Shown here: in pieces, positions 20,014 to 30,513 of the stretch | How the letters are laid out: each line of letters starts with the position of its first letter | How positions within the stretch are numbered: the stretch's first letter is position 1 | NCBI GenBank assembly: GCA_002436025.1 | Contig: DIXM01000002.1 | Location: 106,932 to 170,931, forward strand | Direction of reading: 5' to 3' | DNA length: 64,000 nt | Origin: a candidate division Hyd24-12 bacterium UBA6080 | GTDB taxonomy: Bacteria > Fermentibacterota > Fermentibacteria > Fermentibacterales > JCC-6 | The notes under the pieces: model-generated | What the model was told of the DNA's origin: nothing | Database searches by the model: none | The model's input: only the letters and a program-made list of their open reading frames with translations | Translations under genes and position numbers: made by a program

Positions 20014-21336
20014 CTAGCATCCTTGAATAGACCACTTCAGTTTACGAGCACTGATGGACGGCAACCAGCTTCCCTTTAAGGCACTCTCATAGATACCGCC
20101 GAGGAGCTCCGGAAGTGGCGGATTAGCCAGGGCTGCCACAGTTGTCACTGCGTTTCTGCTGAGAGTTTCCTGTAATGACCTGTCATGTATAAGCTTGATG
20201 ATCAGTCCCGCCAGTTCAAGGTCATTGCCGGGATCGAAAAGAAGGGTATTGTTCTCTGCTCGAGCATACGACTTTATTCCGCCAACGGATGTAGTTATAC
20301 ATGGACATCCAAGTCGCATGGCTTCAAGGAGAGCATGACACTCATTCTCAATGAACGAGGAAACAACAAGCATATCAACACTCAGGATAGCATCGTCGAT
20401 TGATTCAGCAGACATGCTGCCCGGTAGAGTGAGAGAGAGCCTTCCTTGGCTTACGGAAAGCCTTTTAGTCAGTATTTTTCGCATTGAAGACGAAACGGCG
20501 CCGACTATCTGCAATTCAACCGGTTTCTCGAGATGATTGCTTGCTTTAACAGCGGCGGTAACGAGGGTATCAAGCCCCTTGTAGGGTTCGCCAGCAGAAA
20601 CGCAAAGGATCTTGTGGGATAAGCTTTCATCGCGGGCTTTCCACAGCCTTTGAGACGTGGTTTGCCTAAGATGGATTCCTTGCCTGTAGTACGCGGCTTC
20701 TGGTTTTAATGCACGGATCATGGCTTCGTCAAAAGGTGTTTTTCCCAGGAAAGCATCACAGCATTGAATCACAGTTCTCTCAAGCTGCGCATCCTGCCTG
20801 CTGTAGTATTCTCCCCAGGGAATACCGTACCCTCTGGCGACTGTCATCAACCCATGTGGAGTGAAGGAACCACTGAAACGCTCACTCCATTTCAATGAGC
20901 CGAAGTATCTTTGTGAAATTGCGTTTTTTAGCCCCTGCAGGGAAAGAGCTACCGGGCTTCCTGTTAAAGAGCCGACAAGCCCCAAACCTGTTTCCGACCC
21001 ATGAACATGCATGAGGTCATAAGGCTCCTGCTTAACGATATTCATGAGGGACTTCACAATACAGGAGAGGTCCCACCGCCTTCTGAGATAAAACGGGATA
21101 AGCTTGTTAACCATGCCACGGGTGTGGCTGTCGGGGACGGATCGGAATAGAACATTTGCGACTCTCAGCTCCTCGAAACCATCACCGCCAAAACAATAGA
21201 CATGAAAATCGTACGGCATGTCGGATATTGACCCTATGTATGCCTCGATCCATCCAGCTTTCTTTTGTGATGGACGACCGTAACTGGAAGAGACCATCGA
21301 TGGAACATGAGGTATCAGCCAGCATATTTTTTTCAT
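20014..21336 (-). CDS. Glycosyltransferase family 4 (GT-B)
   Basis: The C-terminal 'ENECHALLEAMRLGCPCITTSVGGIKSYARAENNTLLF' is a GT4 block. Confidence 0.75.
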   Translation of the reverse strand: MKKICWLIPHVPSMVSSSYGRPSQKKAGWIEAYIGSISDMPYDFHVYCFGGDGFEELRVANVLFRSVPDSHTRGMVNKLIPFYLRRRWDLSCIVKSLMNIVKQEPYDLMHVHGSETGLGLVGSLTGSPVALSLQGLKNAISQRYFGSLKWSERFSGSFTPHGLMTVARGYGIPWGEYYSRQDAQLERTVIQCCDAFLGKTPFDEAMIRALKPEAAYYRQGIHLRQTTSQRLWKARDESLSHKILCVSAGEPYKGLDTLVTAAVKASNHLEKPVELQIVGAVSSSMRKILTKRLSVSQGRLSLTLPGSMSAESIDDAILSVDMLVVSSFIENECHALLEAMRLGCPCITTSVGGIKSYARAENNTLLFDPGNDLELAGLIIKLIHDRSLQETLSRNAVTTVAALANPPLPELLGGIYESALKGSWLPSISARKLKWSIQGC

Positions 21337-21354
21337 CAGGCTCCCGCCCGTTCA

Positions 21355-22560
21355 TCAGGCATTTACGGCTGCCGTTACCAACTGTACGAAGCGCTGCTGA
21401 AAGATTTCCAGATTCAGCTCATCCTGCCGTAACCTGCGCAATTGGCTACGGTAGCAAACATCTCTTTCTTTGTTGAAAACTTCATCAAGGGTTCGCTTCA
21501 GTTCTTCTGATTGAAGGCTGGTGCAAACTGGGCCGATTGTATACTTTTCAAGAATTCTCAGCACACTGGAGTTCGATGGTCCATGGAACAGAACAGGAAC
21601 TCCGGCTGCTGCATATACTCCAAGCTTGTTCGGAAAGCTGTACTTCACCGAGTTTTTGAATCTTTCATCGAACGGGTATGGAAGGTACAGAAGATCGCAG
21701 CCTGCAAGAACATTCACCTGGGTCTGCATGTCAACATAACCAAGGAAGGATATCCTCACTGGCCCCGTAACCCTGGGAAGGTTCAGATAACTCCCCATGA
21801 CAACGATCTCCACCGGCCTGTCCTGAACTTTCCAATCAGTACTGCCAATGGTCTCCAGCAGAACTGACCAGTTTTCCCTGGTGTACATTCCTCCAGAAAA
21901 TCCGATTCTGAAAACTCCGTCATCGGCTCTAAATGGAACAGGCTGGAGGTTGATTGACGGGGAGTGAATTCCGACTTCGGAAGGCTTGGAATACTCCTTT
22001 GAGTAGAGCTTCTGCATGGCCTGCGACGGGTAGAGGATGGCCTTTGAGCTGCGCAGGGCACCTTCAAAAGATTTCATCAGCGCATGGGCTGAAAGTGGGG
22101 GAAGGTTCCATAGACTGCAGAGATAGGCTGGAGGATCCCATACGATGGACATCGTAGGAACACCAGCTCTCCGGCAGGCTTCACCGGCTTCTGTTATCAC
22201 CCAGTTGTCAAACAGGATGAGTACCACCAGATCCGGTCTCCATTCCAAGATCGCACGCTGCAAACGCGCCAGAGAAGACCTGCGGCTCAGTCTGGCGGTG
22301 GCCATTCCGGCAAGATCGCTCACCCCGCCTGATGCTCTCGATAATCTGCTGCCAATCTGTGGAAAGCTGTCCTTGAACACTGTTCCAGTGAAAGACTCAC
22401 CCGGCAGGGAAGGTGTCGAGCTGAAAAAAGCAACGGAATCCGGATCAGTCTCGGAAAGAAGATCCCTGAGGTAGATGCTGCCCACGCCGAAACTGCCCGG
22501 AAGCACATTGGACACAAAGAGAAGGCGTGGCGTGGAGCTTTGTGAATTGCCGGCAGCCAA
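21355..22560 (-). CDS. GT-B fold glycosyltransferase (GT4-like)
   Basis: The C-terminal 'FPNKLGVYAAAGVPVLFHG' and overall GT-B architecture support this call. Confidence 0.6.
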   Translation of the reverse strand: MAAGNSQSSTPRLLFVSNVLPGSFGVGSIYLRDLLSETDPDSVAFFSSTPSLPGESFTGTVFKDSFPQIGSRLSRASGGVSDLAGMATARLSRRSSLARLQRAILEWRPDLVVLILFDNWVITEAGEACRRAGVPTMSIVWDPPAYLCSLWNLPPLSAHALMKSFEGALRSSKAILYPSQAMQKLYSKEYSKPSEVGIHSPSINLQPVPFRADDGVFRIGFSGGMYTRENWSVLLETIGSTDWKVQDRPVEIVVMGSYLNLPRVTGPVRISFLGYVDMQTQVNVLAGCDLLYLPYPFDERFKNSVKYSFPNKLGVYAAAGVPVLFHGPSNSSVLRILEKYTIGPVCTSLQSEELKRTLDEVFNKERDVCYRSQLRRLRQDELNLEIFQQRFVQLVTAAVNA

Positions 22561-22562
22561 GC

Positions 22563-23279
22563 TCAGAAGAACCTCCTTGTAATGAAATGCAGAGCGCTGT
22601 TTGCTTTCCTTCGAAAACTGCCTGCTGCCCTTGCTACATCCTTCATGCGCCAGACACCGAGAGATTTGTTCTGAAAGACCCCATCGGCTTCAGTACATCC
22701 CTCTCGAATCAGAAGTATTGGTTTCGGGAGACAGAAGGGCAACGCCTGCAGATCAAGAGCCCTCCAATCGCCTGTTTCGATGTCACGATTGTGCGAAAAC
22801 CCGGGGAAGGTAGTGGTGAGAAGGTAGTTGGACCCCGAGCTAGCCAGATTGGCAAGCGTCATGAACACATCTTTGAAGGAGAAGTGTACCAGGCAGTCTC
22901 TGCAGATGATCGCATCAGCCCGCGGAATCGTGTCACAGATTACATTGAGCTTGCGGAAAGAAACTCCTGGGCGTTCAAACACGGAGTTCGCACTGATCAG
23001 TTCATCCACGATGTCCGCACCTGTGTATTTAAAAGATGACAGATCCACGTGCCTCATCCAATTGAAGTCCCCGCAGGGAGCGTCAAGCAGTTCTCTAACG
23101 CCAAGTTTCCGCAGGACCCCTGGAAGAGCTTCAATGAGGAGGTTGGTCTGGTCAAGTGTTGAGCCAACGCCGGATACTGACTCATTGCTGCCCCAAGTGT
23201 TTTCATTGAAGATACGCCTGAATGTTGATTCAGTGTTGTTCACTCGGGGATTGCTCATATCAGACATTTGCTTCGGCAT
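22563..23279 (-). CDS. Class I SAM-dependent methyltransferase
   Basis: Motif I 'LLDAPCGDFNWM' is present, the product is ~238 aa, and the gene sits among glycosyltransferases. Confidence 0.7.
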   Translation of the reverse strand: MPKQMSDMSNPRVNNTESTFRRIFNENTWGSNESVSGVGSTLDQTNLLIEALPGVLRKLGVRELLDAPCGDFNWMRHVDLSSFKYTGADIVDELISANSVFERPGVSFRKLNVICDTIPRADAIICRDCLVHFSFKDVFMTLANLASSGSNYLLTTTFPGFSHNRDIETGDWRALDLQALPFCLPKPILLIREGCTEADGVFQNKSLGVWRMKDVARAAGSFRRKANSALHFITRRFF

Positions 23280-24471
23280 AGGGCCATTTTCCAGAATCTT
23301 TCATCAGGCTTTCATAGCCTGATACAGCTTTTAGCTTGATCGAATGCCTATCGAGTTTTTTTGAAGTGATTGCCCAGTTAGCAGATGCGGCATTGTTAAC
23401 CAGTGTATCATCAGCGAGCGCGATGCGCAATGATTCGGCAACAATACATGGATCCTCTGGAGGTACGAGAAAGCCGCCAATGCCATTAACAATCCATTCG
23501 CAGGCACAAGAAGTAAATGACTGAATTGGAAAAGCCCCGCATGCAATAGCCTCAAGGAATGAAGTACTTACCCCATCTGAAATGCTGAGGCCAATGTAGA
23601 TCCGGCTTTCGGAGAAGAGTTTCAGGAGATCGGAATGACTCACTTTCGGAAGGATTTCAATATCGATTCCCGTATCGAGTCGAAGTAGCTCCGCCTCTAT
23701 TTCTGTCTCGATCCTCGATGAATAGACATAGACTTTATAGCCCGAAAGATCCTTTGCACACAGACGAAGCGCGTTCAGGGCTACGAGCGCCCTTCCTGCC
23801 CAGCCCTGGTATCCTTTGATGAGAATTGTTTTTCTGTCGGATGTTTTTATTCTTTTGCGTAAAGATTCGACAATATCGATATCGAACCCCCCACAATTGG
23901 GAACAACTGGTGCAGCTCTCCCAATGAAACCATTCTCAACAGCGAGATTGAGATCTCTTTCACATTCGCAGAAGTACAGGGCACAGGATGCGAGAACCTT
24001 CCGTATACGTTCAGTGTGAGAAGAAAGCCTGCTAAAAAGATAAATATCACTTCCCCAGTTTGACACAGCCAGCAGAGGTCGATTGATTTTTAGGAGCTCC
24101 AGCGCATCGAGCGCAAGGTAAGCACTGCTTTGAATGCCCAGGCAGTGGACAATATCTGGTTTCAGTTTTCGTATCAGACGCGCCAATCTGCGGGGTCCAG
24201 AGAAACTCGGGATTCGCAAAGCCACTAACCGTGCAAGAAGACCAGGAAGCCCTGGACCCAGGCATATCCCCTTTAGTCTGACAGCCTTGGGTAAGGCGGT
24301 TTTTCTGCAGGGACATAACGCATTGTGGAGCCTTAGTTCTGGCATATCAATATTGGGAATGCCCATATCCGAACTGGGAAAGAGATGTATATCCCATCCC
24401 AGTCCTGAGAAGAGCCCTATCCAGCGGGCGGCATGAATGCTCTCAGGTTGAGCCACGAATAGAACCTTCAA
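23260..24471 (-). CDS. Glycosyltransferase family 4 (GT-B)
   Basis: The motif 'STSFLEAIACGAFPIQS...GGFLVPP' is present and the N-terminus 'MKVLFVAQ' is typical. Confidence 0.8.
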   Translation of the reverse strand: MKVLFVAQPESIHAARWIGLFSGLGWDIHLFPSSDMGIPNIDMPELRLHNALCPCRKTALPKAVRLKGICLGPGLPGLLARLVALRIPSFSGPRRLARLIRKLKPDIVHCLGIQSSAYLALDALELLKINRPLLAVSNWGSDIYLFSRLSSHTERIRKVLASCALYFCECERDLNLAVENGFIGRAAPVVPNCGGFDIDIVESLRKRIKTSDRKTILIKGYQGWAGRALVALNALRLCAKDLSGYKVYVYSSRIETEIEAELLRLDTGIDIEILPKVSHSDLLKLFSESRIYIGLSISDGVSTSFLEAIACGAFPIQSFTSCACEWIVNGIGGFLVPPEDPCIVAESLRIALADDTLVNNAASANWAITSKKLDRHSIKLKAVSGYESLMKDSGKWPYAEANV

Positions 24472-24640
24472 TAGCCCTCCAATTTTGACAAGGCAATTCT
24501 GATATCAATTACTATCTTTTGAAGCACTTCGGCCCGCAGCATTATAACAGCCCCATGTTTTTTAAGACAGGACGGAAAGCACCACTGGTTTTGGAAGTTG
24601 CCATTGGGCAAAGCATTCCGACCAGAGATTCAGCTAAGAG

Positions 24641-25801
24641 TCACAGTGGTAACTTGCTTTGATCCCCAAGCCCTATGGCTTTTAAAAACATCGCACGAGC
24701 AAGCTCTGGTGCGAAGTCTCTCCGTCCGCAGCACATCGCCTTCTTGACGAGTTGGCTTTGCTCACCGGTATTCTGACCGGCTTTCGATATCGTCTCAGCA
24801 AGCTGATCAGAGTTCAGAGTGTCTGCAAGGTATGAACAACTTTGACGTCTGACATAGTCGGCAACGAAACAATCAGCCGGCGAATGTACAATCATGGGCC
24901 TTCCTGATACGAGGTACTCCGAAAACTTAGCCGGAAGTGCTGTGCGAACGACTCCCTGAACTCCCTTGGAGAAACCCAAAGGCAGGTACAGGAGCGTGGC
25001 ACTTCGGACAGCATCCATCAGACCATTTGTATCGGAATGTGCCGAAAGGATTGCCCTGCCGACAGAGAGCCCCATGCTTTTCAGATCACCAGCACTTTGA
25101 GAAGTAGACAGTACAAGACGCCAGTTCTCGCCAAGTGAATCCAAAGCACGAACAAGACAAACAAAAGCATCCCGGTTGACATGGTAAATGGAACCAGCGA
25201 AAAAGATAGATCTTGGCTTCTGTTCAGGGATCGAGCCTGTCTTGAACGAGTTAACCCACTCAACAGAGTATGGGTTCGGTACGACTTGCGTAGTGCATTG
25301 AAATCTTTTGGTGTATGAGATCCTCATGAATTCATTTGTGACGATGTTGCATGAAGCTGATGTGAGAAGCTTCTTCTCGGCAATACGAGCTGCAGACCGA
25401 AATCTGGTAAGCGCCCACTGCTCCCTGTAGTCGTCGAACAGGTAATTTGTCAATCCGACACTGCATCGTCGGGCAGCCAGTGCAGCTGCAGGCATATTGA
25501 AGGGATCTCCTGAGCATGCAACAAGCATGTCTGAACAGGTGTTACGCAATATTGCACAAAGGTGATGAGCCCTGGCCAGAACTCTGAAAGCGAATTCAAG
25601 CGAAGGGGAAAGACGTTTCAGAACTCGTTCGTCCGGCAGCAAAAAGTGCTTATCTGCAATCGAGGGTGGAGCTTGAGATGCGCTGAAGTTACCTACAACT
25701 TTTATTGTGCGCTGATCAATTCCATCCAGCAACCTGCCAAGTACAATTGCCTGTCCGGATGGCATACCCGGAAAGACATTGGTAAGCAGTAATGCATTCA
25801 T
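24641..25801 (-). CDS. GT-B fold glycosyltransferase (GT4-like)
   Basis: The motif 'LPAKFSEYLVSGRPMIVHS' is present in a ~386-aa product. Confidence 0.6.
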   Translation of the reverse strand: MNALLLTNVFPGMPSGQAIVLGRLLDGIDQRTIKVVGNFSASQAPPSIADKHFLLPDERVLKRLSPSLEFAFRVLARAHHLCAILRNTCSDMLVACSGDPFNMPAAALAARRCSVGLTNYLFDDYREQWALTRFRSAARIAEKKLLTSASCNIVTNEFMRISYTKRFQCTTQVVPNPYSVEWVNSFKTGSIPEQKPRSIFFAGSIYHVNRDAFVCLVRALDSLGENWRLVLSTSQSAGDLKSMGLSVGRAILSAHSDTNGLMDAVRSATLLYLPLGFSKGVQGVVRTALPAKFSEYLVSGRPMIVHSPADCFVADYVRRQSCSYLADTLNSDQLAETISKAGQNTGEQSQLVKKAMCCGRRDFAPELARAMFLKAIGLGDQSKLPL

Positions 25802-26109
25802 TCTTGGAAGGCCGTCATAAGGATGGACTGCAGTAACAGGGCTTGAAACGCACGCTGACTGCCCTTGTGCAGCTCACCGTTGTGTAGAAACGCAGTGGGG
25901 AAAAAACATTCGCAAGATAATAATCCCTGAGAAGTATCAAACACCGTGAGAAACCCATATTGAGTCTTCCGACCATGTGTGAAATGAACCGTTGACCAAG
26001 CGCGTTCATGGAGAGGCACGCAGGTTGCATTCCAGAAAGTTGGAGTGGGGTGTCAGGATAGTGGTTTCCAGATTCCGAACTGATGAAAGATCTCTCCATG
26101 CCGTGCAAG

Positions 26110-26835
26110 CTACCGTTGAGTAATACGGAGAATTCTGCAAAATCTCCTGACAACGCCACGGCCAACCCGGAGCAGTTGGGCATTAAAATGAGAGGGGGCT
26201 TTCGCAGTATTATGGGAAAGGACTTTATCAGGGAGGGGTGGGATGTCTTTTATTGCCCAGAATGCACCAGTGGGAAGGGGCTGTCCATCCTTTCCAGTTT
26301 CGGGTGGGTGAAAGTCCCGGCAAACAAGCACTTCCCATCCTTCAAAATCGTTGGGGGTCCAACCGCTTCTATGCACCTGCCAGATCCCCCCATTCATTCC
26401 CCATTTGTCTGTTACGCCGTCATCAGGGAGTTCCTGCTCGTAGTATCCGAGAGGTGTGAACAGGACAACCTGAACCGAAGATACACGGCATGCCTCTGCC
26501 AGGAACTCACTGCCCTCATTTCGGTCCAGATGCTCTATGAAGTCAAGAGCGAAAACGGTTTCCACGGATGCATCGGGCAGCATTTTCATTATCTGTCTCC
26601 AGGAACAGTTCAGTACTGTCCTGCCACGATCTGGTGGAGACTTCTCAAGCAGTTTCACAAGATAGGGAAGATGAGGATCAACGCAGAGATGCACTCTGGG
26701 AGCGAAAATGTCCTGAGGACGGATTCCACAGCCTATGTCGAGAACCAGGCTTGTGTGCCTGACTCGCCTTTCAACCTCCTTGCGCAGTTCATCCTCATTG
26801 GCGAACTCAGCAGGAAAAGCACTTGTTTCAGTCAT
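26110..26835 (-). CDS. Class I SAM-dependent methyltransferase
   Basis: Motif I 'VLDIGCGIRPQ' and 'ALDFIEHL' are present. The gene lies immediately upstream of wzt (WbdD-like position, but no kinase domain). Confidence 0.7.
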   Translation of the reverse strand: MTETSAFPAEFANEDELRKEVERRVRHTSLVLDIGCGIRPQDIFAPRVHLCVDPHLPYLVKLLEKSPPDRGRTVLNCSWRQIMKMLPDASVETVFALDFIEHLDRNEGSEFLAEACRVSSVQVVLFTPLGYYEQELPDDGVTDKWGMNGGIWQVHRSGWTPNDFEGWEVLVCRDFHPPETGKDGQPLPTGAFWAIKDIPPLPDKVLSHNTAKAPSHFNAQLLRVGRGVVRRFCRILRITQR

Positions 26836-28146
26836 TCAACCCTTTTCCATTCTCAGCTGATCCTGGTTGTCGCAGCCTCGTGGTAACTCAGTGGATTTCC
26901 ATTGAAGGGAAGGTCTGATTACGCCGGACCAGCCTCCGTAATAATCACCTCGTGCAGCCCCATAGTCCTGTAGCCTGAAAGAAAGTGCTGAGTCAACCCT
27001 GGAGATGACCTGGTAGTGATTTCTCCAGATATACAGTGAAACTACATAGCCACCTTCGTTCAGCAACCCTCCGGGCAATGTGGTTGATGTTCTTATCCTC
27101 AGCCCATCCGAAGAGGTGTGCAGGAGTTGTTCAGGTATGTGATCGAGCGAGCTGAGAACAAGTGTACCGTCCTGTGAGTAGAGAAGGATTGTGAGACCGG
27201 CTCTTGAACCAGGTCTTCGTATGAAGAGATCGAATTGAAGGTTTACATCCTCTTCCATGTTAATTTCCTCTGACAATGAAGAGCCTGCGCCCGAAACCGA
27301 GGCTGAGATCAGAGACAGGGTGTCATCTCCCGGTTGATTGTTTTCCTCCCAGGAAGAGTGCCTTCGGGTCGAGTTCGAATCGGTCAGGTACGAGGAAATC
27401 ACTTCAACTGACGACGAATCCATGACCAGCGTTCCTGAATCGAGTAGAACACACCTTGAACAGAAACTGCGAATCGCAGGCATGTTGTGACTCACGAACA
27501 GAACTGTTCTTCCCCCCTTGGCGGCGTCCCCCATCTTGTTAAGGCACTTCTTTTGAAACTGCGCGTCTCCGACAGCCAGAACCTCATCTACAACAAGTAT
27601 TTCAGGTTCGAGGTGCGCCGCGACAGCAAAAGCCAACCGCACGTACATTCCGCTTGAATACCGCTTCACCGGCGTGTCAAGGAACTTCTCCATCTCCGCA
27701 AAAGCAACGATATCGTCGAACTTTCTCCGTATCTCGCCCCTTGTCATTCCCAGAATTGCGCCATTGAGATAGATGTTCTCACGCCCTGTCAGCTCAGGAT
27801 GAAACCCCGTTCCAACCTCGAGAAGGCTTGCAATGCGACCGCGACAGGTGATCCTTCCCTCAGTCGGGGGGGTGATCTGCGACAGGATTTTCAGCAGTGT
27901 GCTTTTTCCGGCACCGTTACGACCGATGATGCCAATGGCATCTCCCTGGTTGACGCTGAAACTCACATCTCTGAGCGCCCAGAAATCGTCCTGTGAGTGC
28001 CGCACTTTCTCTTTTTTTCTGATAACGTTCCAGAAGTGTGCTGTTTTCCTGGCGACGCTGTCGCGAAGTGAAAGATAGGGTTCCCGGAGCGCTCCGATAC
28101 GGTATTTCTTCCCGATGCCGTCAATCTCGATCATTGGTCTGCTCAT
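26836..28146 (-). CDS. wzt: O-antigen/polysaccharide ABC exporter ATP-binding protein Wzt with extra C-terminal glycan-binding domain
   Basis: The Walker A 'GRNGAGKSTLLKIL', signature 'YSSGM' and Walker B 'ILVVDE' are present. About 190 aa follow the NBD, as in Wzt C-terminal carbohydrate-binding domains. Confidence 0.85.
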   Translation of the reverse strand: MSRPMIEIDGIGKKYRIGALREPYLSLRDSVARKTAHFWNVIRKKEKVRHSQDDFWALRDVSFSVNQGDAIGIIGRNGAGKSTLLKILSQITPPTEGRITCRGRIASLLEVGTGFHPELTGRENIYLNGAILGMTRGEIRRKFDDIVAFAEMEKFLDTPVKRYSSGMYVRLAFAVAAHLEPEILVVDEVLAVGDAQFQKKCLNKMGDAAKGGRTVLFVSHNMPAIRSFCSRCVLLDSGTLVMDSSSVEVISSYLTDSNSTRRHSSWEENNQPGDDTLSLISASVSGAGSSLSEEINMEEDVNLQFDLFIRRPGSRAGLTILLYSQDGTLVLSSLDHIPEQLLHTSSDGLRIRTSTTLPGGLLNEGGYVVSLYIWRNHYQVISRVDSALSFRLQDYGAARGDYYGGWSGVIRPSLQWKSTELPRGCDNQDQLRMEKG

Positions 28147-28982
28147 TACGCTATGTCCGCAAAATAGCGCTCTGTTGAACGGAAAACGTGCAAGCCGATT
28201 GCGAGATAGACCATGCTCATGAGGAAAGAAATGCCCATTACATTCCAGTCGAAACTTGTACGACCGAGAAGCCCCGCGCGAGCGTTCGATACAACTCCGG
28301 AAACAGGGTTAAGCCATGTCATTGCCACTTTGGCCCAGGGATGGTTATCAAGCAGCGAAACCGGATAGATAACCGGAGTTACGAACATGAGGCTGCTGAT
28401 GAAGAAAGGAAGCGCATAGCGAACATCACGGTATTTAACATTCATCGCTGACAGGAAAAGACCTATTCCCATTGCGCACATGATGCATGTAAGTACCAGC
28501 ACCGGAAAGGTCAGTACTCCAATCCATCCTGGACCAAAACCATACCAGATCATCATTCCGACAAGAATAAGCATGGCAATGATGAAATCAACGAGCCCGG
28601 TAGTGGCTGCGGTTGCGGGAAGGATCAAACGCGGAAAGTAGATCTTCTGAACAAGGCTTGCATTGGAGACCATTGATTGACTTGCGTTCGTGAGCGTTCC
28701 AGAAAAATACAACCAGAAGAGCTGCCCGGTATAAAGAAAGATGGGATACGGAGTGCCGTCACCGCTCTGGATACCAGCCATTCGATTGAACACGAAAGTG
28801 AATATGACCATAGTTATCACGGGCTGAAGAAGAGCCCACAGTACCCCAAGAGCAGTTTGCTTGTAACGAACAGATATATCACGCCAAGCAAGAACAAGAA
28901 ACAAATCACGATAACGCCAGAGTTCAGGCCAGTTTATCGGTGCGAACTTTCCTGGCGGTGCAATTGTGAATTCGTTCTTCAA
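28146..28982 (-). CDS. wzm: ABC-2 type polysaccharide exporter permease Wzm
   Basis: A ~278-aa, 6-TM protein with 'FPRLILPATAATTGLVDF'. It is in operon with wzt with a 1-nt overlap. Confidence 0.8.
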   Translation of the reverse strand: MKNEFTIAPPGKFAPINWPELWRYRDLFLVLAWRDISVRYKQTALGVLWALLQPVITMVIFTFVFNRMAGIQSGDGTPYPIFLYTGQLFWLYFSGTLTNASQSMVSNASLVQKIYFPRLILPATAATTGLVDFIIAMLILVGMMIWYGFGPGWIGVLTFPVLVLTCIMCAMGIGLFLSAMNVKYRDVRYALPFFISSLMFVTPVIYPVSLLDNHPWAKVAMTWLNPVSGVVSNARAGLLGRTSFDWNVMGISFLMSMVYLAIGLHVFRSTERYFADIA

Positions 28983-29445
28983 TTTACATCCTCAATATTG
29001 CACTCAACATGCTCAACGTAGTCCTTGACGGTTGTTGGCATCGGCTTCAGTTGTTGCATTGAAGCCTCAGTGGAAACCCGCTGCAATTATAATCCCGGCA
29101 ATGTTTTACAGTCAGAGTATGCCTCGCTGCACAGCCGTATGCAGTTTGCCCGGAAATTATACGCCTTGTGCGATGTACCTGCAATCTTGATTGTCGGGGA
29201 TGCTTGAGAAAGGAACGCCGGCTGTCAGTCCTGTTTTTGTAACCTCTAAAAGGACGAAAAGATGAAGCCGTTCTTTCTTCTTCAGTAAATGCCGCTTTGC
29301 CTTGCGCCTTATATCACTGCATACTTGGTATTGTTGAAAAGTTGGGGGCTTTGTCCGGCAATTGCTCGGAATCGAACCTCCATTGTAAAAATCTGTGATT
29401 GTCTGAAACATGTCATCATTATACATGATAAATTAAGGAGACACG

Positions 29446-30513
29446 ATGTTATCAGTGAAGGGAAAGCGGATTCTTATCACCGGGGGCACCGGGTCCCTTG
29501 GCAAGGTCCTGACCAAACGGATTCTATCCGGTGAAGCAGGCACTCCGGCAAAAGTCATCATTCTGTCCCGTGACGAAGCAAAGCAGCATTTCATGCGTAT
29601 TGAGTACGAAAACTCCGTTGCCGCAACTGACGAGATCATATACAACAACTTCAAGCGATTGCTTGAGTTCAGAATTGGGGATGTGCGCGACTTTCATTCG
29701 GTAGCATCTGCAGTGAAGGAAGCTGACATTGTTTTCAGTGCTGCCGCCCTTAAGCAGGTTCCAACCTGTGAGTATTTTCCTTTTGAGGCTGTTCGTACGA
29801 ACATTGCCGGCCCTGAGAACATCGTTCGTGCTATTCAGGAGCATGGCCTTGCTGTTGAGACCGTTGTTGGCATTTCAACCGACAAGGCATGCAAGCCGGT
29901 GAATGTCATGGGAATGACCAAGGCCATACAGGAGAGGGTTTACATCCAGGGCAACATGCGCTGTCCCAAGACCAGATTCGTCTGCGTGCGGTACGGTAAT
30001 GTTCTTGCTTCGCGCGGATCGGTCATACCACTGTTTCACAAGCAGATTGCGAGCGGTGGGCCGGTTACCGTAACCACTTCGGATATGACGCGCTTCCTGC
30101 TAAGCCTCAACCAGGCTGTGGATGTGATTTTTGCGGCACTGAAGGGGGCAAACCCCGGTGAAACTTACATTCCCAGAGTGCCTTCGGCTCGAATGACCGA
30201 TCTTGCGAAAGCTCTGATCGGGGACAGGGATACTGAGATCAAGGTAACTGGCATAAGGCCCGGTGAGAAGATACATGAGATTCTCATTTCGGAAGAGGAG
30301 TCATTCCTAACTGAAGACCGAGGGAACTACTACGCTATTCTTCCCATTCTTCCCGAGGTCTGCGGTGACAGAAAGGCCAAGAGGGCTTTGCAGTCCGAGT
30401 ACAGTTCAAAAGACTCGCTGATGACGCTGCAGGAACTCAGGGTCCTTCTTGAAGGCTATGGTCTTCTGGTTGAGCAGCAGAGCGGGAAAGATGAAGGAGA
30501 GCTTCTCCGATGA
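29446..30513 (+). CDS. UDP-N-acetylglucosamine 4,6-dehydratase/5-epimerase (FnlA/CapE/WbjB/PseB family)
   Basis: The N-terminus 'KRILITGGTGSLGKVL' and a 'YGNVLASRGSVIPLF' region are present. An RBS 'aaggagac' precedes the ATG. Confidence 0.8.
   Translation: MLSVKGKRILITGGTGSLGKVLTKRILSGEAGTPAKVIILSRDEAKQHFMRIEYENSVAATDEIIYNNFKRLLEFRIGDVRDFHSVASAVKEADIVFSAAALKQVPTCEYFPFEAVRTNIAGPENIVRAIQEHGLAVETVVGISTDKACKPVNVMGMTKAIQERVYIQGNMRCPKTRFVCVRYGNVLASRGSVIPLFHKQIASGGPVTVTTSDMTRFLLSLNQAVDVIFAALKGANPGETYIPRVPSARMTDLAKALIGDRDTEIKVTGIRPGEKIHEILISEEESFLTEDRGNYYAILPILPEVCGDRKAKRALQSEYSSKDSLMTLQELRVLLEGYGLLVEQQSGKDEGELLR

Noticed and set aside
26083-26886. A 267-aa plus-strand ORF antisense to the methyltransferase gene
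   Set aside because: It overlaps the motif-bearing minus-strand methyltransferase in full. It has no domain signature and reads as a high-GC shadow ORF.
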